Assembly (NCBI GenBank): GCA_963744145.1
Contig: CAVUSO010000001.1
Location: forward strand, 4,640,001-4,704,000
Length of the DNA stretch: 64,000 bases
Reading direction: 5' to 3'
DNA from: an uncultured cyanobacterium
Lineage (GTDB): Bacteria; Cyanobacteriota; Cyanobacteriia; Cyanobacteriales; CAWUOF01
Positions within the stretch are counted from its first letter, which is position 1. Every line of letters starts with the position of its first letter. The position numbers and the translations under genes were made by a program. This document shows, piece after piece, positions 1 to 11,664 of this stretch. The notes beneath the pieces were generated by a model, which worked only from the letters and a program-made list of their open reading frames with translations, was not told where the DNA came from and did no database searches.

Positions 1-327
1 ATCATCTAAACGGAGCCAACTTCCTTCCTTCAGTGGTTCTGCTAATTCTTCACTAATTGAAAGTGTGATCGGAATTGACCAAGCTACTCCGTTGATTAAG
101 TGCATCTCGGTGATCACTTCCTCATAGTCGGCTTTTTCCATAAAACCAGTCAGAGGACTAAATCCACCGATCGCGATCATTTCTAGATCTGAACAAGCTC
201 GCTGATCTAATTGAATCCGGGTCAGATGATTTGCTTGTTCGAGAAATTCTTGTCTTTGAGCAGGGGTAGCGATCCGATTAATGAGATGACCCCCGTGTGG
301 GGCGATCCAGTCTGGATGTTGACTCAT
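1..327 (-). CDS. sat: Sulfate adenylyltransferase, 5' part (runs off window start)
   Basis: Manual translation from ATG at 327: [18 protein letters not shown]...[17 protein letters not shown], the ATP sulfurylase N-terminal signature. Confidence 0.93.
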   Translation of the reverse strand, partial: MSQHPDWIAPHGGHLINRIATPAQRQEFLEQANHLTRIQLDQRACSDLEMIAIGGFSPLTGFMEKADYEEVITEMHLINGVAWSIPITLSISEELAEPLKEGSWLRLDD

Positions 328-416
328 GTGGACTTTTACTTACTGATTTAAGCTGTATCCAAATTATATTATTTTCTGTGAAAACTACCTGGATCAGGGT
401 TTAATCTATTGTTTAG

Positions 417-2282
417 TTAAGTTCCCAGCATTTGTAAATTGTATAAACTTGCATACAATCCTCCTTGATGCAGGAGTTCATCGTGACTACCTGACTCGAT
501 TACCTGTCCTCGCTTGAGGACTAAAATCCGATCGACATTACGGATTGTGGAAAGTCGATGGGCAATAATTATGGCTGTCCGGTTTTCTAAAAGATGCTCT
601 AAAGCATCTTGAATTAAACTTTCTGTACCCACATCTAAGCTCGCTGTTGCTTCATCTAATACTAAAATCTCTGGATTCCGCACCGCAGCTCGTGCAAAAG
701 CTAAAAGTTGTTTTTGACCTGCTGATAAGTTTGTACCTCTCTCTCGTAATTGGGTATCATATCCTTGGGGTAATTGTTCAATAAAACTAGCCACATTGGT
801 TTTGGTAGCTGCTACTTGAATTTCTGTGAAAGAATATTCATCTCCTAAGGTAATATTTCTTTTGACATCCCCAGCAAATAAAAAACCTTCTTGGAGAATT
901 ACACCTAAATGTCTTCTTAATTCTGCTTGAGCCATTTCCCGAATATCTATCCCATCGATCAGAATACGTCCCCTAGTCGGTTCGTATAAACGACACAATA
1001 AACGAATGATCGAACTTTTTCCAGCTCCCGTCGGACCAACTAAGGCGATCTTTTCTCCTGGATGAATGGTAAAATCTAAGTCTTTCAAGACAAATTCATC
1101 TTCTTTATAAGCAAACCAAACTCTCTCAAATCGAATTTCACCTGTTCTAATCGTTGCTGAGAAAGAATTTTGATTAATTGGATCACGAATTTCAATTGGT
1201 TCGTTTAAAATTTCACTAATTCGTTCGATCGCAGTAAACCCAGCTTGAATTGCTGTGAATTTTTCCGCAAATTGTCGTAAAGGATCAAATAAACGCTGGG
1301 CAAATAAAATAAATGATGCTAAAACCCCGAAATTCAGAGAGTTGTGCATAATTTGCCAACCACCTAGACACAATACACCACTAATTGCGACTAAAGCAAT
1401 CCATTCTAAAGTTGCAGAAACTGCGGAATCGTAAAAAATAGTTTTGTCGATCGCTTCGATATAGTTTTGATTATTTACTCTAAATAGTTCCGCGTTTAAT
1501 TTTTCTCTCCGAAATAATTGCACGATCCCAATCCCGGTGATATTTTCTTGGATTTGAGCATTCAGCGATGATAACTCATCTCGGGCTAGATAATTTGCTT
1601 GGCGGTATTGTTGCTGAAAATAAACTATTAGTCCAGTAACGGGAATTAGCATTAAGATTAACATTAAAGCTAATTGCCATTGTAAAAAAAACATGGTGAT
1701 CATGATAGCGAGCATCGAAAATAAATCACTAATAATTCCGATCGCACCAGTGGAAAAAACTTCTCCTAATGCGTCCACATCGCTAGTCAGACGAGTAATT
1801 AATTTTCCAACCGGAGTGCTATCGAAAAATCTAACTGCTAAAGAACTAACATGGTGAAATAAATCATTACGAATATCTGTAGTAATTTTTTGACCGATTT
1901 TTTGGACTAAAAAGCTTTGCGTTGATTCCAGTCCTAAGCGGGTAATTATAGTTAATAATAATAACCAATCCAGAATCGCTAATCCTTGGACAAGCGTTTG
2001 ATTTTGTAAAAAAAACCAAGTCGATTCATTCCGAAGTAAGGAAATTGCTTGTCCAAAGATAATGGGCTGAATAGCACCAGCTATGGATAATGGCACTAAC
2101 AAGATTAGCACTCTTAAGAGCAATTGTCCACTGCGACGCGCATAGGGAACCAAACGCAAAAACAAGCGCCAATCATTTTCTCGGTTTAAGCGCGATCGCT
2201 GTTTTCGTTCAGGTAATAATTGGTTGAGCCGATAATTTTCCTCGGTTTTTTTCTTATGATCATTCATTCGTTTCAGCCTCAC
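417..2282 (-). CDS. ABC transporter fused permease/ATP-binding protein (MsbA/MdlB-like)
   Basis: N-terminal TM domain, Walker A GPTGAGKS, signature LSAGQKQ, Walker B ILVLDEAT. Confidence 0.92.
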   Translation of the reverse strand: MRLKRMNDHKKKTEENYRLNQLLPERKQRSRLNRENDWRLFLRLVPYARRSGQLLLRVLILLVPLSIAGAIQPIIFGQAISLLRNESTWFFLQNQTLVQGLAILDWLLLLTIITRLGLESTQSFLVQKIGQKITTDIRNDLFHHVSSLAVRFFDSTPVGKLITRLTSDVDALGEVFSTGAIGIISDLFSMLAIMITMFFLQWQLALMLILMLIPVTGLIVYFQQQYRQANYLARDELSSLNAQIQENITGIGIVQLFRREKLNAELFRVNNQNYIEAIDKTIFYDSAVSATLEWIALVAISGVLCLGGWQIMHNSLNFGVLASFILFAQRLFDPLRQFAEKFTAIQAGFTAIERISEILNEPIEIRDPINQNSFSATIRTGEIRFERVWFAYKEDEFVLKDLDFTIHPGEKIALVGPTGAGKSSIIRLLCRLYEPTRGRILIDGIDIREMAQAELRRHLGVILQEGFLFAGDVKRNITLGDEYSFTEIQVAATKTNVASFIEQLPQGYDTQLRERGTNLSAGQKQLLAFARAAVRNPEILVLDEATASLDVGTESLIQDALEHLLENRTAIIIAHRLSTIRNVDRILVLKRGQVIESGSHDELLHQGGLYASLYNLQMLGT

Positions 2283-2330
2283 CAGTTATCCCCAATCAAT
2301 ATTAACAATATTTGAGATATTTTGACATCG

Positions 2331-2372
2331 CCATATGGTAGGGGCGTATAGCAATACGCCCCTACCATATGG
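2331..2372. repeat. GTAG-type REP-like palindrome
   Basis: ccatatggtaggggcgtat-agca-atacgcccctaccatatgg; related cores at 23591 and ~60376. Confidence 0.85.
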
Positions 2373-2381
2373 TAGGATCAT

Positions 2382-3026
2382 CTAAACAGGACTCAAGGTT
2401 AGCGATCGCAATTTCCCAATCCAATCATCCAAATTATCCATATTGAGACGATAACTCAAAGGATGAGCAATGAGTCTTGCGGTGCTTTCAAACAAAACTT
2501 CGATCTCAATCAACCCATTTTCTTGGAGAGTACGACCAGTAGAAACTAAATCCACGATCGCTTCTGACATCCCCGTAATTGGTCCAAGTTCAACGGAACC
2601 ATAGAGAGGGATAATTTCGACTGGTAGTTCTAAATTTTGGAAATGTTCGCGGGCACAATGAACAAATTTAGAAGCAACTCTACCATGAGGTGGTAATTCC
2701 AGCGATCGGCGATAGGGACTAGAAGCTTTGACCGCAACAGACATCCGACATTTCCCAAACTTGAGATCTAGTAGATGAGCGACTTGAGATTTTTTTTCTC
2801 GCAACACATCATAACCAACAATTCCCAATTGTGCTTGACCATATTCTACATAAACTGGTACATCTTGCGCTCTGACTAGCAATGCTTTCGCTCGATGGTT
2901 AGGGTCATTTATTTGTAATTGACGGTTAGTTGAGTCCAGAAAGCTACTAAAATCTAACCCAACTGCTTGTAGCAGTTTGATACTATCATTCAGTAGGGCA
3001 CCTTTGGGTAATGCAACAGTAAGCAT
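2382..3026 (-). CDS. hisG: ATP phosphoribosyltransferase (short form)
   Basis: MLTVALPKG start, [29 protein letters not shown]; 214 aa. Confidence 0.97.
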   Translation of the reverse strand: MLTVALPKGALLNDSIKLLQAVGLDFSSFLDSTNRQLQINDPNHRAKALLVRAQDVPVYVEYGQAQLGIVGYDVLREKKSQVAHLLDLKFGKCRMSVAVKASSPYRRSLELPPHGRVASKFVHCAREHFQNLELPVEIIPLYGSVELGPITGMSEAIVDLVSTGRTLQENGLIEIEVLFESTARLIAHPLSYRLNMDNLDDWIGKLRSLTLSPV

Positions 3027-3111
3027 AAGACTATTGGCAAATTTAAACTTGAGATGTTTAATTCTCCCATGTTTTTTGCCGATAAATTTTTTCTTGGTCT
3101 GATTTCACTTT

Positions 3112-4638
3112 TCAGGGTGAAGGAGATGTAGAATTACTTTGGCTATTGGGAGGAGAAACAATATTTGGGTTTTGAGGTTCTGCCCCATCTACTAAACTTA
3201 CATCTAAATTGTATTTAACTTCTGATAATCCTTCTTTAATGTTAATTTCTACATAATAATCTCCTTCCGCGGGGAGAATTCCTGTCCATTCGGCAACATC
3301 CTGTCCATTTTCGACAATTTCCTGATTGAGCCATATAGTCATTAAAACTTCCCCATTGGTAATTGTAGCACTTAACTTTTGTCCAGCTTTTCCTTTAATA
3401 ATAAAATAAGTGATTTCCCGATTCTTAATACTTCGTTCTAACAAGGCTTTTTGACCTGGAAGTAGATTGAGGGTTTCAGTATAAGTAATTATTTCATTGT
3501 GAGAATTAGATGGGGTTTTATTTGGCGTAGTAATAGAATTATTATCAACATCTGTATCAGCAGTTTTTTTAGCAGGTATAGTTGGGAAAAAAGAGCCGAC
3601 TAACATCATGGGAGCAACAGCAATGAAAATCAATATACCACCAATAATCACCTTACTAATTCCAGTTTGATTGCCTAAAAAGCTATTTTTAGATGTCCTA
3701 GGGCGAGAATTTTTTCGATATTTACTAGCAGAATTACGATTAACACTTTTCTGGTCAGCAGATAAGGGAGATGCAATGATTTCGGCTGACACCAGACCAC
3801 TAATCGCTCGTAAAGCTAAGAGAACTTCATTAGCTGATTGGTAGCGATTATTCGGTCGAGGACTAAGCATTTTATTCAAAATTTGGGCAAACCGGGTACT
3901 CAAAGTCGGCACCCATTGATGCCAACGCCAACTCATGCTACTTTCATCGAATAACTCCTGGGGTTTTTTCCCAGTCATTAAGACAACTACTGTCACCGCT
4001 AAAGCATAGAGATCACTATTAGGGTAAACAGTTCCAGTTTGGAGTTGTTCCGGTGGTGCATAACCAATTTTACCTACAGCAGTACCAGAACTATGATTTT
4101 GAGAAGTTTCAAAATGGTATGCTCCAGCTTTAACTACACCAAAATCGATCAGAACCGGTCGCTGATCGTCTGCACGACAAATAATATTATCTGGAGCAAT
4201 ATCTCGATGAATAATGCCTTGACTATGAATATATTCTAAAATTGGTAAGATCTGCTGTAAAAATTCGGACATTTCCCATTCTGAGAAAAACCGTTTTTCT
4301 GGTAGACGTTCTGCGAGTAATCTCCGATAGGTTTTTCCTTCGACATAATCTTGGACTAAAAAAAACCGTCCTCCCTGTTCAAAAGATGCTAAAAACCGTG
4401 GAATTTGCGGATGTTGAATTTGATAAAGTACCTTAGCTTCCCTCGCAAATAAGTCCTGAGATTTATTGAGTACATAATCATCAGTTATTTGGGGGTTATA
4501 TTCTTTTAAAACACAAGCTTCATTAAAACGAGATTGGTCTTCTGCTAAATAAGTACGACCAAATCCACCCTGACCCAAAACTTTTGTCAAGCGGTAACGA
4601 GTTTGCAGAATAGTTCCTGGTTGAAAAGCTGGTTGCAT
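3112..4638 (-). CDS. Ser/Thr protein kinase with TM helix and C-terminal extracytoplasmic domain
   Basis: GQGGFG, HRDIAPDN, DFG motifs; hydrophobic segment near aa 330-350. Confidence 0.93.
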   Translation of the reverse strand: MQPAFQPGTILQTRYRLTKVLGQGGFGRTYLAEDQSRFNEACVLKEYNPQITDDYVLNKSQDLFAREAKVLYQIQHPQIPRFLASFEQGGRFFLVQDYVEGKTYRRLLAERLPEKRFFSEWEMSEFLQQILPILEYIHSQGIIHRDIAPDNIICRADDQRPVLIDFGVVKAGAYHFETSQNHSSGTAVGKIGYAPPEQLQTGTVYPNSDLYALAVTVVVLMTGKKPQELFDESSMSWRWHQWVPTLSTRFAQILNKMLSPRPNNRYQSANEVLLALRAISGLVSAEIIASPLSADQKSVNRNSASKYRKNSRPRTSKNSFLGNQTGISKVIIGGILIFIAVAPMMLVGSFFPTIPAKKTADTDVDNNSITTPNKTPSNSHNEIITYTETLNLLPGQKALLERSIKNREITYFIIKGKAGQKLSATITNGEVLMTIWLNQEIVENGQDVAEWTGILPAEGDYYVEINIKEGLSEVKYNLDVSLVDGAEPQNPNIVSPPNSQSNSTSPSP

Positions 4639-4697
4639 GACAAGTTAAAATTTTCATACTAAACTAATTGTTCCCTAGCAAAGGCTAGCAACGGTCA

Positions 4698-5393
4698 ATG
4701 CGAATTCTCCTAGTTGATGATGAAGTTGAATTGACTATACCTTTAAAAAGTGTGCTAACTCGTGAGGGTTATCAGGTTGATCTGGCTGATAATGGGATCG
4801 CTGGTGGTCAGTTAGCTAGTCTTGGTGGTTATCACTTGTTAATTTTGGATTGGATGTTACCCCAACAATCTGGATTAGCGATTTGTCAAGAATTGCGATC
4901 GCGCGGTGATGTTACCCCGGTTCTATTTCTCACTGCTAAAGATACTATAGATGATCGAGTTCAAGGATTGGATGCAGGGGGAGATGACTATTTGGTCAAA
5001 CCCTTTGAACTGAGGGAGTTATTAGCACGAGTTCGGGCTCTGCTCCGTCGTTCGCTGGTAGTAGAGCAGACCCGAGCGATCGCTGATCAATCAGAATCTG
5101 CTTTAATTCGGGTGGAAGATTTAGAACTAGATCGGGAAAATCAGTTAGCCTATCGTCAAGGAAGGATGATCGAACTTTCGGAAAAAGAAAGCCAGTTGTT
5201 GACATATTTGATGGATCACCCTGGTCAATTATTGACTCATACCCAAATCTATCAACAGTTATGGGATGAGGGAGAGCAACCCAACAGCAATGTCCTAGCA
5301 GCACTGATCCGTCTACTCCGACGCAAAATAGAAGCCCCAGGTGAAATGCCTCTCATTCATACAGTGTATGGTAAAGGTTATCGTTTTGGTTGA
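4698..5393 (+). CDS. OmpR-family response regulator
   Basis: REC domain (LLVDD, LDWMLP, DYLVKPF) plus winged helix ending IHTVYGKGYRF. Confidence 0.93.
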   Translation: MRILLVDDEVELTIPLKSVLTREGYQVDLADNGIAGGQLASLGGYHLLILDWMLPQQSGLAICQELRSRGDVTPVLFLTAKDTIDDRVQGLDAGGDDYLVKPFELRELLARVRALLRRSLVVEQTRAIADQSESALIRVEDLELDRENQLAYRQGRMIELSEKESQLLTYLMDHPGQLLTHTQIYQQLWDEGEQPNSNVLAALIRLLRRKIEAPGEMPLIHTVYGKGYRFG

Positions 5394-5427
5394 TCTAGCT
5401 AGTGATTGGTGGCATTTTCCGGAACAA

Positions 5428-6144
5428 TTAAATCAGCAATTCTGCCAATCCTAAATAATTAATATCTGTAGGAGTAATTTGAAAACGACAAGGTAGAATT
5501 TCTAAACCTTGGTGAAATGCTGCGCGTAAAAGCTTACCATAGACTGGATCAGCACTATCACCTGGTGCAAAACTGGTACAGTCTTCTCGATTAATAAAAT
5601 AAAGCATCACTGCTCTGGTTTGTGGTAGAAGTGCAGTTAATTCCCGCAAATGCTTTTGTCCTCTAGTGGTGACAGTATCGGGAAATAAAGCGAGGTGTTC
5701 TTTAGCCCAAGTGGTATTTTTTACTTCTAGGTAAATTCGATTCTCAGCTTGATCTATTAACAGGAAATCGATCCGACTTTTTTTTTCCTGTCCATAGGGA
5801 ACTTCGGGCAGAATTTGGCTGTAGTTACTCAATTGAGGAAATAAAAATTTTTCTAAAGCTAATTTAACGATTTTGTTTGGTAAAGCTGTATTAACTCCGA
5901 TCCAAGTCTGGTCAATCTGAATCATTTCCCAGGTATAAGCTAGTTTCCGTTTGGGATTATCACTCATCGATACCATCACGGGACTACCGATCAGACAAAC
6001 TCCGGTCATTGGCCCGGTATTGGGACAATGGGCGGTCACGACTGCTCCTGTGCTGAGTTCAATATCAGCAAAAAAACGTTTGTAGCGTTTGAGGAGAATC
6101 CCAGAATACAGCGGTGGAAATTGATAGATGGAGGTAGGTGTCAT
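5428..6144 (-). CDS. sfsA: DNA/RNA nuclease SfsA
   Basis: KRYKRFFAD, HCPNTGPM, SRIDFLL, EVKN, FPDTVTTRGQKHLREL. Confidence 0.95.
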   Translation of the reverse strand: MTPTSIYQFPPLYSGILLKRYKRFFADIELSTGAVVTAHCPNTGPMTGVCLIGSPVMVSMSDNPKRKLAYTWEMIQIDQTWIGVNTALPNKIVKLALEKFLFPQLSNYSQILPEVPYGQEKKSRIDFLLIDQAENRIYLEVKNTTWAKEHLALFPDTVTTRGQKHLRELTALLPQTRAVMLYFINREDCTSFAPGDSADPVYGKLLRAAFHQGLEILPCRFQITPTDINYLGLAELLI

Positions 6145-6190
6145 TGACTGATTATATGATAAAAAAGCGTTTAGCTTGATTTAAACTATT

Positions 6191-7795
6191 GTGTCTAATC
6201 CGCCAAAAAAATCTCGTTCTCTGCTGAGTATTGCCAGGATCGTGGCAATTGCCACCTTAATTAGTAAAATTTTTGGGCTAGTACGTCAACAAGCGATCGC
6301 TGCTGCATTTGGAGTTGGTGCTGCGGTAGATGCTTATAACTATGCCTATGTGATTCCTGGATTTTTGTTAGTGTTATTGGGGGGCATTAATGGTCCATTT
6401 CATAGCGCCATTGTGAGTGTTCTCTCTAAACGACCTAAAGAAGAAGCAGCTCCCTTAGTAGAAACAATCACCACCTTAGTCAGTGGATTTTTATTATTGG
6501 TGACGATCGCTTCGATTATTTTTGCTGATCCGCTCGTCGATCTAGTCGCACCAGGATTAACCAGAACCGAGACAGGGTTAGAAATTCGGGCGATCGCGAT
6601 CCAACAATTTCGGATTATGGCCCCAATGGCGTTACTAGCAGGTTTAATTGGAATTGGTTTTGGGACTCTCAATGCTGGAGATCAATACTGGTTACCATCC
6701 ATCAGTCCTTTATTTTCTAGTGTGGCTGTTATTGGTGGGATTGGGATAATTACGCTCCAACTCGGTCAGAAAATTACTGCACCTGAATATGCTCTCACGG
6801 GAGGATTAGTATTAGCGTGGGGAACTTTAATTGGTGCAATTTTACAATGGTTAGTTCAGTTATTTGCTCAAGCGCGTGCTGGGATGGGAAAATTACGCTT
6901 CAGACTTGAGCTGGAGCAACCAGGAGTAAAAGAAATCCTGCGAGTCATGGGTCCAGCAACTCTTTCTTCGGGGATGTTGCAGATTAATGTTTATACAGAT
7001 TTGTGGTTTGCTTCTTTTATTCCCCAAGCCGCATCAGCTTTAGGATATGCAGGTTTATTAGTACAAACACCACTGGGAATTCTTTCTAATGTCATTTTAG
7101 TACCTTTGTTGCCAGTATTTTCCCGATTAGCTGACCCCAAAGATTGGCCAGAATTAAAAATGCGAATTCGTCAGGGATTAATTTTGACAGCTATGACTAT
7201 GTTACCCTTAAGCGCCCTGATGATCACCTTAGCCGTGCCGATCGTGCGAGTAGTATATGAGCGTTATGCTTTCAATCATGCCGCATCCGTATTTGTGGCA
7301 CCAGTGCTGATGGCTTATGCGATCGGGATGTTTGTCTATTTGGGACGGGATGTTTTAGTCCGGGTATTTTATGCTTTAGGCGATGGAGAAACCCCATTTC
7401 GGGTCAGTATCGTTAATATATTACTGAATGCAGGATTAGATTATTTGCTTGTGCAAGTTTTTGGCGCTCCTGGTTTAGTCCTGGCTACTGTAGGAGTAAA
7501 TCTGATTTCCATGGTTGCCTTATTTTGGTTGCTCGATCGCAAGTTACATGGATTACCATGGCAAGAATGGAGTTGGCCATTTTTCGGCATTACCATCGGT
7601 AGTATCTTAGCTGGTGCTACTTGTTGGAGTACACTTTGGGGTTGTGAACAAGTTTTCGGCACTGAAAAATTATTAATTCAACTCATCGAATTGGGTTTTT
7701 CTAGCTTAGTCGGGTTAGCTGTTTTTGGGTTAGTGGCCATAAGTTTAAAATTACCAGAAGTTGATTTTTTCGTCAGCAAATTGAGACAAAAATAG
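6191..7795 (+). CDS. murJ: Lipid II flippase MurJ
   Basis: SKIFGLVRQQAIAAAFGVG, GGINGPFHSAIV; multi-pass membrane protein. Confidence 0.95.
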   Translation: MSNPPKKSRSLLSIARIVAIATLISKIFGLVRQQAIAAAFGVGAAVDAYNYAYVIPGFLLVLLGGINGPFHSAIVSVLSKRPKEEAAPLVETITTLVSGFLLLVTIASIIFADPLVDLVAPGLTRTETGLEIRAIAIQQFRIMAPMALLAGLIGIGFGTLNAGDQYWLPSISPLFSSVAVIGGIGIITLQLGQKITAPEYALTGGLVLAWGTLIGAILQWLVQLFAQARAGMGKLRFRLELEQPGVKEILRVMGPATLSSGMLQINVYTDLWFASFIPQAASALGYAGLLVQTPLGILSNVILVPLLPVFSRLADPKDWPELKMRIRQGLILTAMTMLPLSALMITLAVPIVRVVYERYAFNHAASVFVAPVLMAYAIGMFVYLGRDVLVRVFYALGDGETPFRVSIVNILLNAGLDYLLVQVFGAPGLVLATVGVNLISMVALFWLLDRKLHGLPWQEWSWPFFGITIGSILAGATCWSTLWGCEQVFGTEKLLIQLIELGFSSLVGLAVFGLVAISLKLPEVDFFVSKLRQK

Positions 7796-8575
7796 GGTGG
7801 AAATATAAATTTATAAAACCCCAGGCTGTCACTTCCCTGATAATTGATTAGAATGTCTCAATAGGAAGCAAAAATTTGGTTTTGCACAAATTGTTCACAA
7901 TTTTAAAGATTTAGCGGAGATATGCTCAGATTAGAATTAAATGGCTAAAATATGGCTAACTTGTATTCAGTGTCAATGCTGCTAGGCAAAACCTTCAATG
8001 CTGATCATGCTGCATGACTCATCTGCAAGCAAAATACGCCCATGCTCGGATTGAGTATGAGTTAACGTTAAAAAAAAGCAGGGGAAACATAGGTGCATCA
8101 ATGAGATCGACCATAGCAGGAACTAACCTGGCCAAAGAGCAACTGATTACAGTTAAACAGATAGCTTGGGATGGGAGAGAAACTGTTCCCACAGATTCAT
8201 CAAGCCCACCCAAATCAAGCAAATTTGCATGGTGGTACATAATTTTTCATGGATTTGCTGACAATGACAAACAAAATTTTTTCGGCTAGTCAGCAATAAG
8301 CTCTCTTGGTTAACAGGAGCGAATCAGCCAAGCGGCGTGCAAATTTTGTCAGAAAGGCTACAATCGAAAAGGTCTTAACAATGGCCAGAATGAATAACTT
8401 GATGGTCACTTCTATCCAAAAATCTGGAGAGAAGCCTTTAATTTTGACCTGAGTTAGTCATTGATCAAGCAAGAAAGTTTTGAACGGTTTGCTACTGGCT
8501 AGCATAGAGAAAGACCATATAGATCACGTTTTCTAGTAATTAATTGTTTGAATAAAGGAGCATGAGGAACGCGGC

Positions 8576-9769
8576 ATGACCCAGGCTAACAACGTACTCG
8601 TAACCATTGATCAGCCTGAGCTTGCAACCATCGAGTTGCTTCGCAACGCTTCCGGCTTAGAGGCTGAACTAGATTTAGAACTCTTAATTGAGGAAGAAGA
8701 TGATTTGCAAGTTAATCCCTCTGGCGAACGAGGTGATTTTTTAGAAGCTCAGCCTGAGGAGGACGACGGGAAGTCTGGTAAAGTTCGCTCAGCCCGCCGA
8801 CGGGCTCAAGCCAAGAAAAAGCATTACACCGAGGACTCGATCCGTCTATATCTGCAAGAAATTGGTCGGATTCGGCTCTTAAGAGCTGACGAAGAAATTG
8901 AATTGGCAAGGAAAATTGCTGATTTACTTGAATTAGAACGTATTCGCGAACAGCTCATGGAAGATCTCGAACGGATTCCCCATGATGCGGAGTGGGCTAA
9001 TGCGGTGAATATGCCCTTATCGGCATTTCGTCAGCGTCTCTATAAAGGGCGGCGTGCCAAAGATAAAATGGTGCAGTCTAATCTGCGCTTAGTAGTTTCG
9101 ATCGCGAAAAAATATATGAATCGGGGCTTGTCGTTTCAAGACTTGATTCAAGAAGGAAGTCTAGGTCTGATCCGCGCTGCGGAAAAGTTCGATCACGAAA
9201 AGGGCTATAAGTTCTCGACTTACGCAACTTGGTGGATTCGTCAAGCTATTACTCGCGCGATCGCCGATCAGTCCCGTACTATCCGCTTACCTGTTCATCT
9301 TTACGAAACCATTTCTCGCATCAAAAAAACTACTAAATTACTTTCTCAAGAAATGGGTCGTAAACCAACGGAAGAGGAAATTGCCACTCGGATGGAAATG
9401 ACGATCGAAAAGTTGCGATTTATTGCTAAATCCGCTCAGTTACCAATTTCCCTAGAAACTCCTATTGGGAAAGAGGAAGATTCCCGTTTGGGAGATTTTA
9501 TTGAATCTGATAGCGAAACTCCTGAAGATCAAGTTTCTAAAAATCTGCTGCGTGAAGACTTAGAAAGTGTTCTCGAAACCCTTAGTGGTCGCGAACGCGA
9601 TGTTTTACGTCTACGCTATGGATTAGATGATGGTAGGATGAAAACGCTGGAGGAAATTGGGCAGATTTTTAATGTAACTCGTGAACGGATTCGGCAAATT
9701 GAAGCTAAAGCTTTACGTAAGCTTCGTCATCCGAACCGCAATAGTATTCTCAAAGAATATATCCGCTAG
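8576..9769 (+). CDS. rpoD: Group 1 RNA polymerase sigma factor
   Basis: [58 protein letters not shown]. Confidence 0.97.
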   Translation: MTQANNVLVTIDQPELATIELLRNASGLEAELDLELLIEEEDDLQVNPSGERGDFLEAQPEEDDGKSGKVRSARRRAQAKKKHYTEDSIRLYLQEIGRIRLLRADEEIELARKIADLLELERIREQLMEDLERIPHDAEWANAVNMPLSAFRQRLYKGRRAKDKMVQSNLRLVVSIAKKYMNRGLSFQDLIQEGSLGLIRAAEKFDHEKGYKFSTYATWWIRQAITRAIADQSRTIRLPVHLYETISRIKKTTKLLSQEMGRKPTEEEIATRMEMTIEKLRFIAKSAQLPISLETPIGKEEDSRLGDFIESDSETPEDQVSKNLLREDLESVLETLSGRERDVLRLRYGLDDGRMKTLEEIGQIFNVTRERIRQIEAKALRKLRHPNRNSILKEYIR

Positions 9770-9800
9770 ATTCCTTCTACAATTAATGTCGGTTTTATGC

Positions 9801-9839
9801 GAAAAACTCCGAAACTTTTATAGGTTCGGGGGTTTTTTC
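9801..9839 (+). terminator. Rho-independent terminator after rpoD
   Basis: aaaaactccgaa...ttcgggggtttttt hairpin followed by a U-tract. Confidence 0.75.
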
Positions 9840-10031
9840 ATTACTGGTCTGGAGCTTGAGCAATTGTGGTGTTTTTTTTGAGTTGCGATCGCTAGATTTA
9901 GTGCTAATTATGCTTTAATCCTGATCGCGATCGCTATCAGTAGTTAACCATCACCTTGATCGCAGATTTTTTCTTCTGGATACGAATTGTAAATTTTTTA
10001 GTCAATTTATTAATGCTTATGCTAAGGTATT

Positions 10032-10439
10032 ATGTATACTTTTATTACAAGTAACCAAATGATTGATTTTCAACCTTTATTTGAATTTTCTTGTCATAAT
10101 TGCGTTGCCTTATGTACTTTTTTAGTACCAATGAATTTGATTTGTACTTTAGCAACAATTGTGCTAACTGGGCTACGTCGTCCTCAATTACAGATTACAC
10201 AATCGGTGCTACTGAGTAGTTTTTTTGCGCTAATTATGATCGGTCATGTGTTAATTTGGTTAAGCATAGGCGTGATCATGCTACCCACCTACATTTTATT
10301 ATGCCTGGGCAGCACTTGTTTAATTATTAATATTTGGGCGATCGCTCACCCAAAAAGTTCGATTCGGTGGTGGTGGGATTTACTTTTTCATTCCAGTAGT
10401 CCAAAAGGTAGTGAACATCATCAAGAAAGCGCCTATTAA
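10032..10439 (+). CDS. Hypothetical membrane protein
   Basis: 135-aa ORF with about three hydrophobic helices. Confidence 0.75.
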   Translation: MYTFITSNQMIDFQPLFEFSCHNCVALCTFLVPMNLICTLATIVLTGLRRPQLQITQSVLLSSFFALIMIGHVLIWLSIGVIMLPTYILLCLGSTCLIINIWAIAHPKSSIRWWWDLLFHSSSPKGSEHHQESAY

Positions 10440-10590
10440 AACTGCGATCGCGATACCACCGATAATGAAATTCGAGTAATCTGGAGTTTCCATAGTTTGG
10501 GGATGGCTCAGTGAAAATTACTGATAGTTGGTTTTACTTTAGCTGAGATTGGGCAAATAAACCGGATTGCTCGATAAAATTGTTGGTTTG

Positions 10591-11490
10591 TCACTTTTGA
10601 CCAATAATTTTATCAAAGAAATTAAATACAGCAGGTAATTGTCCACTCCAGAAGGTATAATTATGTCCAGCATCTGGAACTGGATGATATTCTACTTGAA
10701 GTCCACTATGACTTTTGATTAAAGCTTGATAGAACAAACGACTTTGGGATTCAGGTACAATATCATCAGCAATACCGTGGGCAAGATATAAGGGTATAGT
10801 CCATTCTGATACCCGTGACATAGGATTATCACGTCCTAACCATCTTTCGCGAAAACTCTCATAAGAACCATAAACACCAGTCATTAAGCGATCGTCAGGA
10901 GTATTTTCTTGACTAAAATCTCCCGAAAGACTAGCACCAGCAACAAATAATCCAGGATTTTCTAAAGCTACTAAAGCTACTCCTCGACCACCAGTAGAAA
11001 GTCCTAGTAAGGTATTATTAGATCCAGGAGTTAGGAGATGATGTCTAGTTTGAATCGTGGGAATAAAACGCTCTTTCATAAATTTACCACCCGGAACTTG
11101 ATTCCATTTCAGATTAGTTTCCGGATAGTAAGAGCTTTCATATAGAGTTTGCAACATTTCTGGTAAAATTAGAGCATATCCATATTGATCTGCTTTGGTC
11201 ACCAGGTCAGAATTTTCGATCCAACTAGTACGAGGAAAATTCCAACCGGGTAGAACTAAAATTGAGCGATCGCGGTAATTTTTGGGAATATAGAGATCAT
11301 AAGGAACATCGTCTACCATTAAATTTTTCTGCCAACCTGGATTAACTGTGATAATTTTTGGTGCTGGAGCAGGAGTAAGGATATTTTCGGAATTGGTCAA
11401 CTGAGGTGGTTGAGGATTTTGAGCAGAACAGCTTGGCATAAATAGAAAAAACAAGCAAAATAGAAATATGATCTGCATATTTTTCAACAA
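10591..11490 (-). CDS. Secreted alpha/beta hydrolase (esterase family), probable lipoprotein
   Basis: Signal peptide with Cys, GLSTGG nucleophile elbow, HGIADDIV, AGH. Confidence 0.85.
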   Translation of the reverse strand: MLKNMQIIFLFCLFFLFMPSCSAQNPQPPQLTNSENILTPAPAPKIITVNPGWQKNLMVDDVPYDLYIPKNYRDRSILVLPGWNFPRTSWIENSDLVTKADQYGYALILPEMLQTLYESSYYPETNLKWNQVPGGKFMKERFIPTIQTRHHLLTPGSNNTLLGLSTGGRGVALVALENPGLFVAGASLSGDFSQENTPDDRLMTGVYGSYESFRERWLGRDNPMSRVSEWTIPLYLAHGIADDIVPESQSRLFYQALIKSHSGLQVEYHPVPDAGHNYTFWSGQLPAVFNFFDKIIGQK

Positions 11491-11540
11491 TTGGGTCCGA
11501 TCACTCTTTACTTAATTAATAGAATTGCTGAATTATAACT

Positions 11541-11653
11541 CAATACAGTTCAGTTAAGATATTTTGAGATATCGGCGAAGAAGGGCGAAGCATTCGGATA
11601 TAATATTAACGGGTTTAAGCTATAAATTGTCGCCCGAATGCTTCGCCCCTACA
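11541..11653. repeat. REP-like composite element (cagttcagttaa end plus gggcgaagcattcgg...ccgaatgcttcgccc palindrome)
   Basis: Same family at 13935-14157 and 43031-43240. Confidence 0.75.
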
Positions 11654-11664
11654 AGAGGTAATTT

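Noticed and set aside
8014..8289. 91-aa ORF upstream of rpoD
   Set aside because: No recognisable motif, an overlapping antisense ORF of similar size, and location in a likely promoter region
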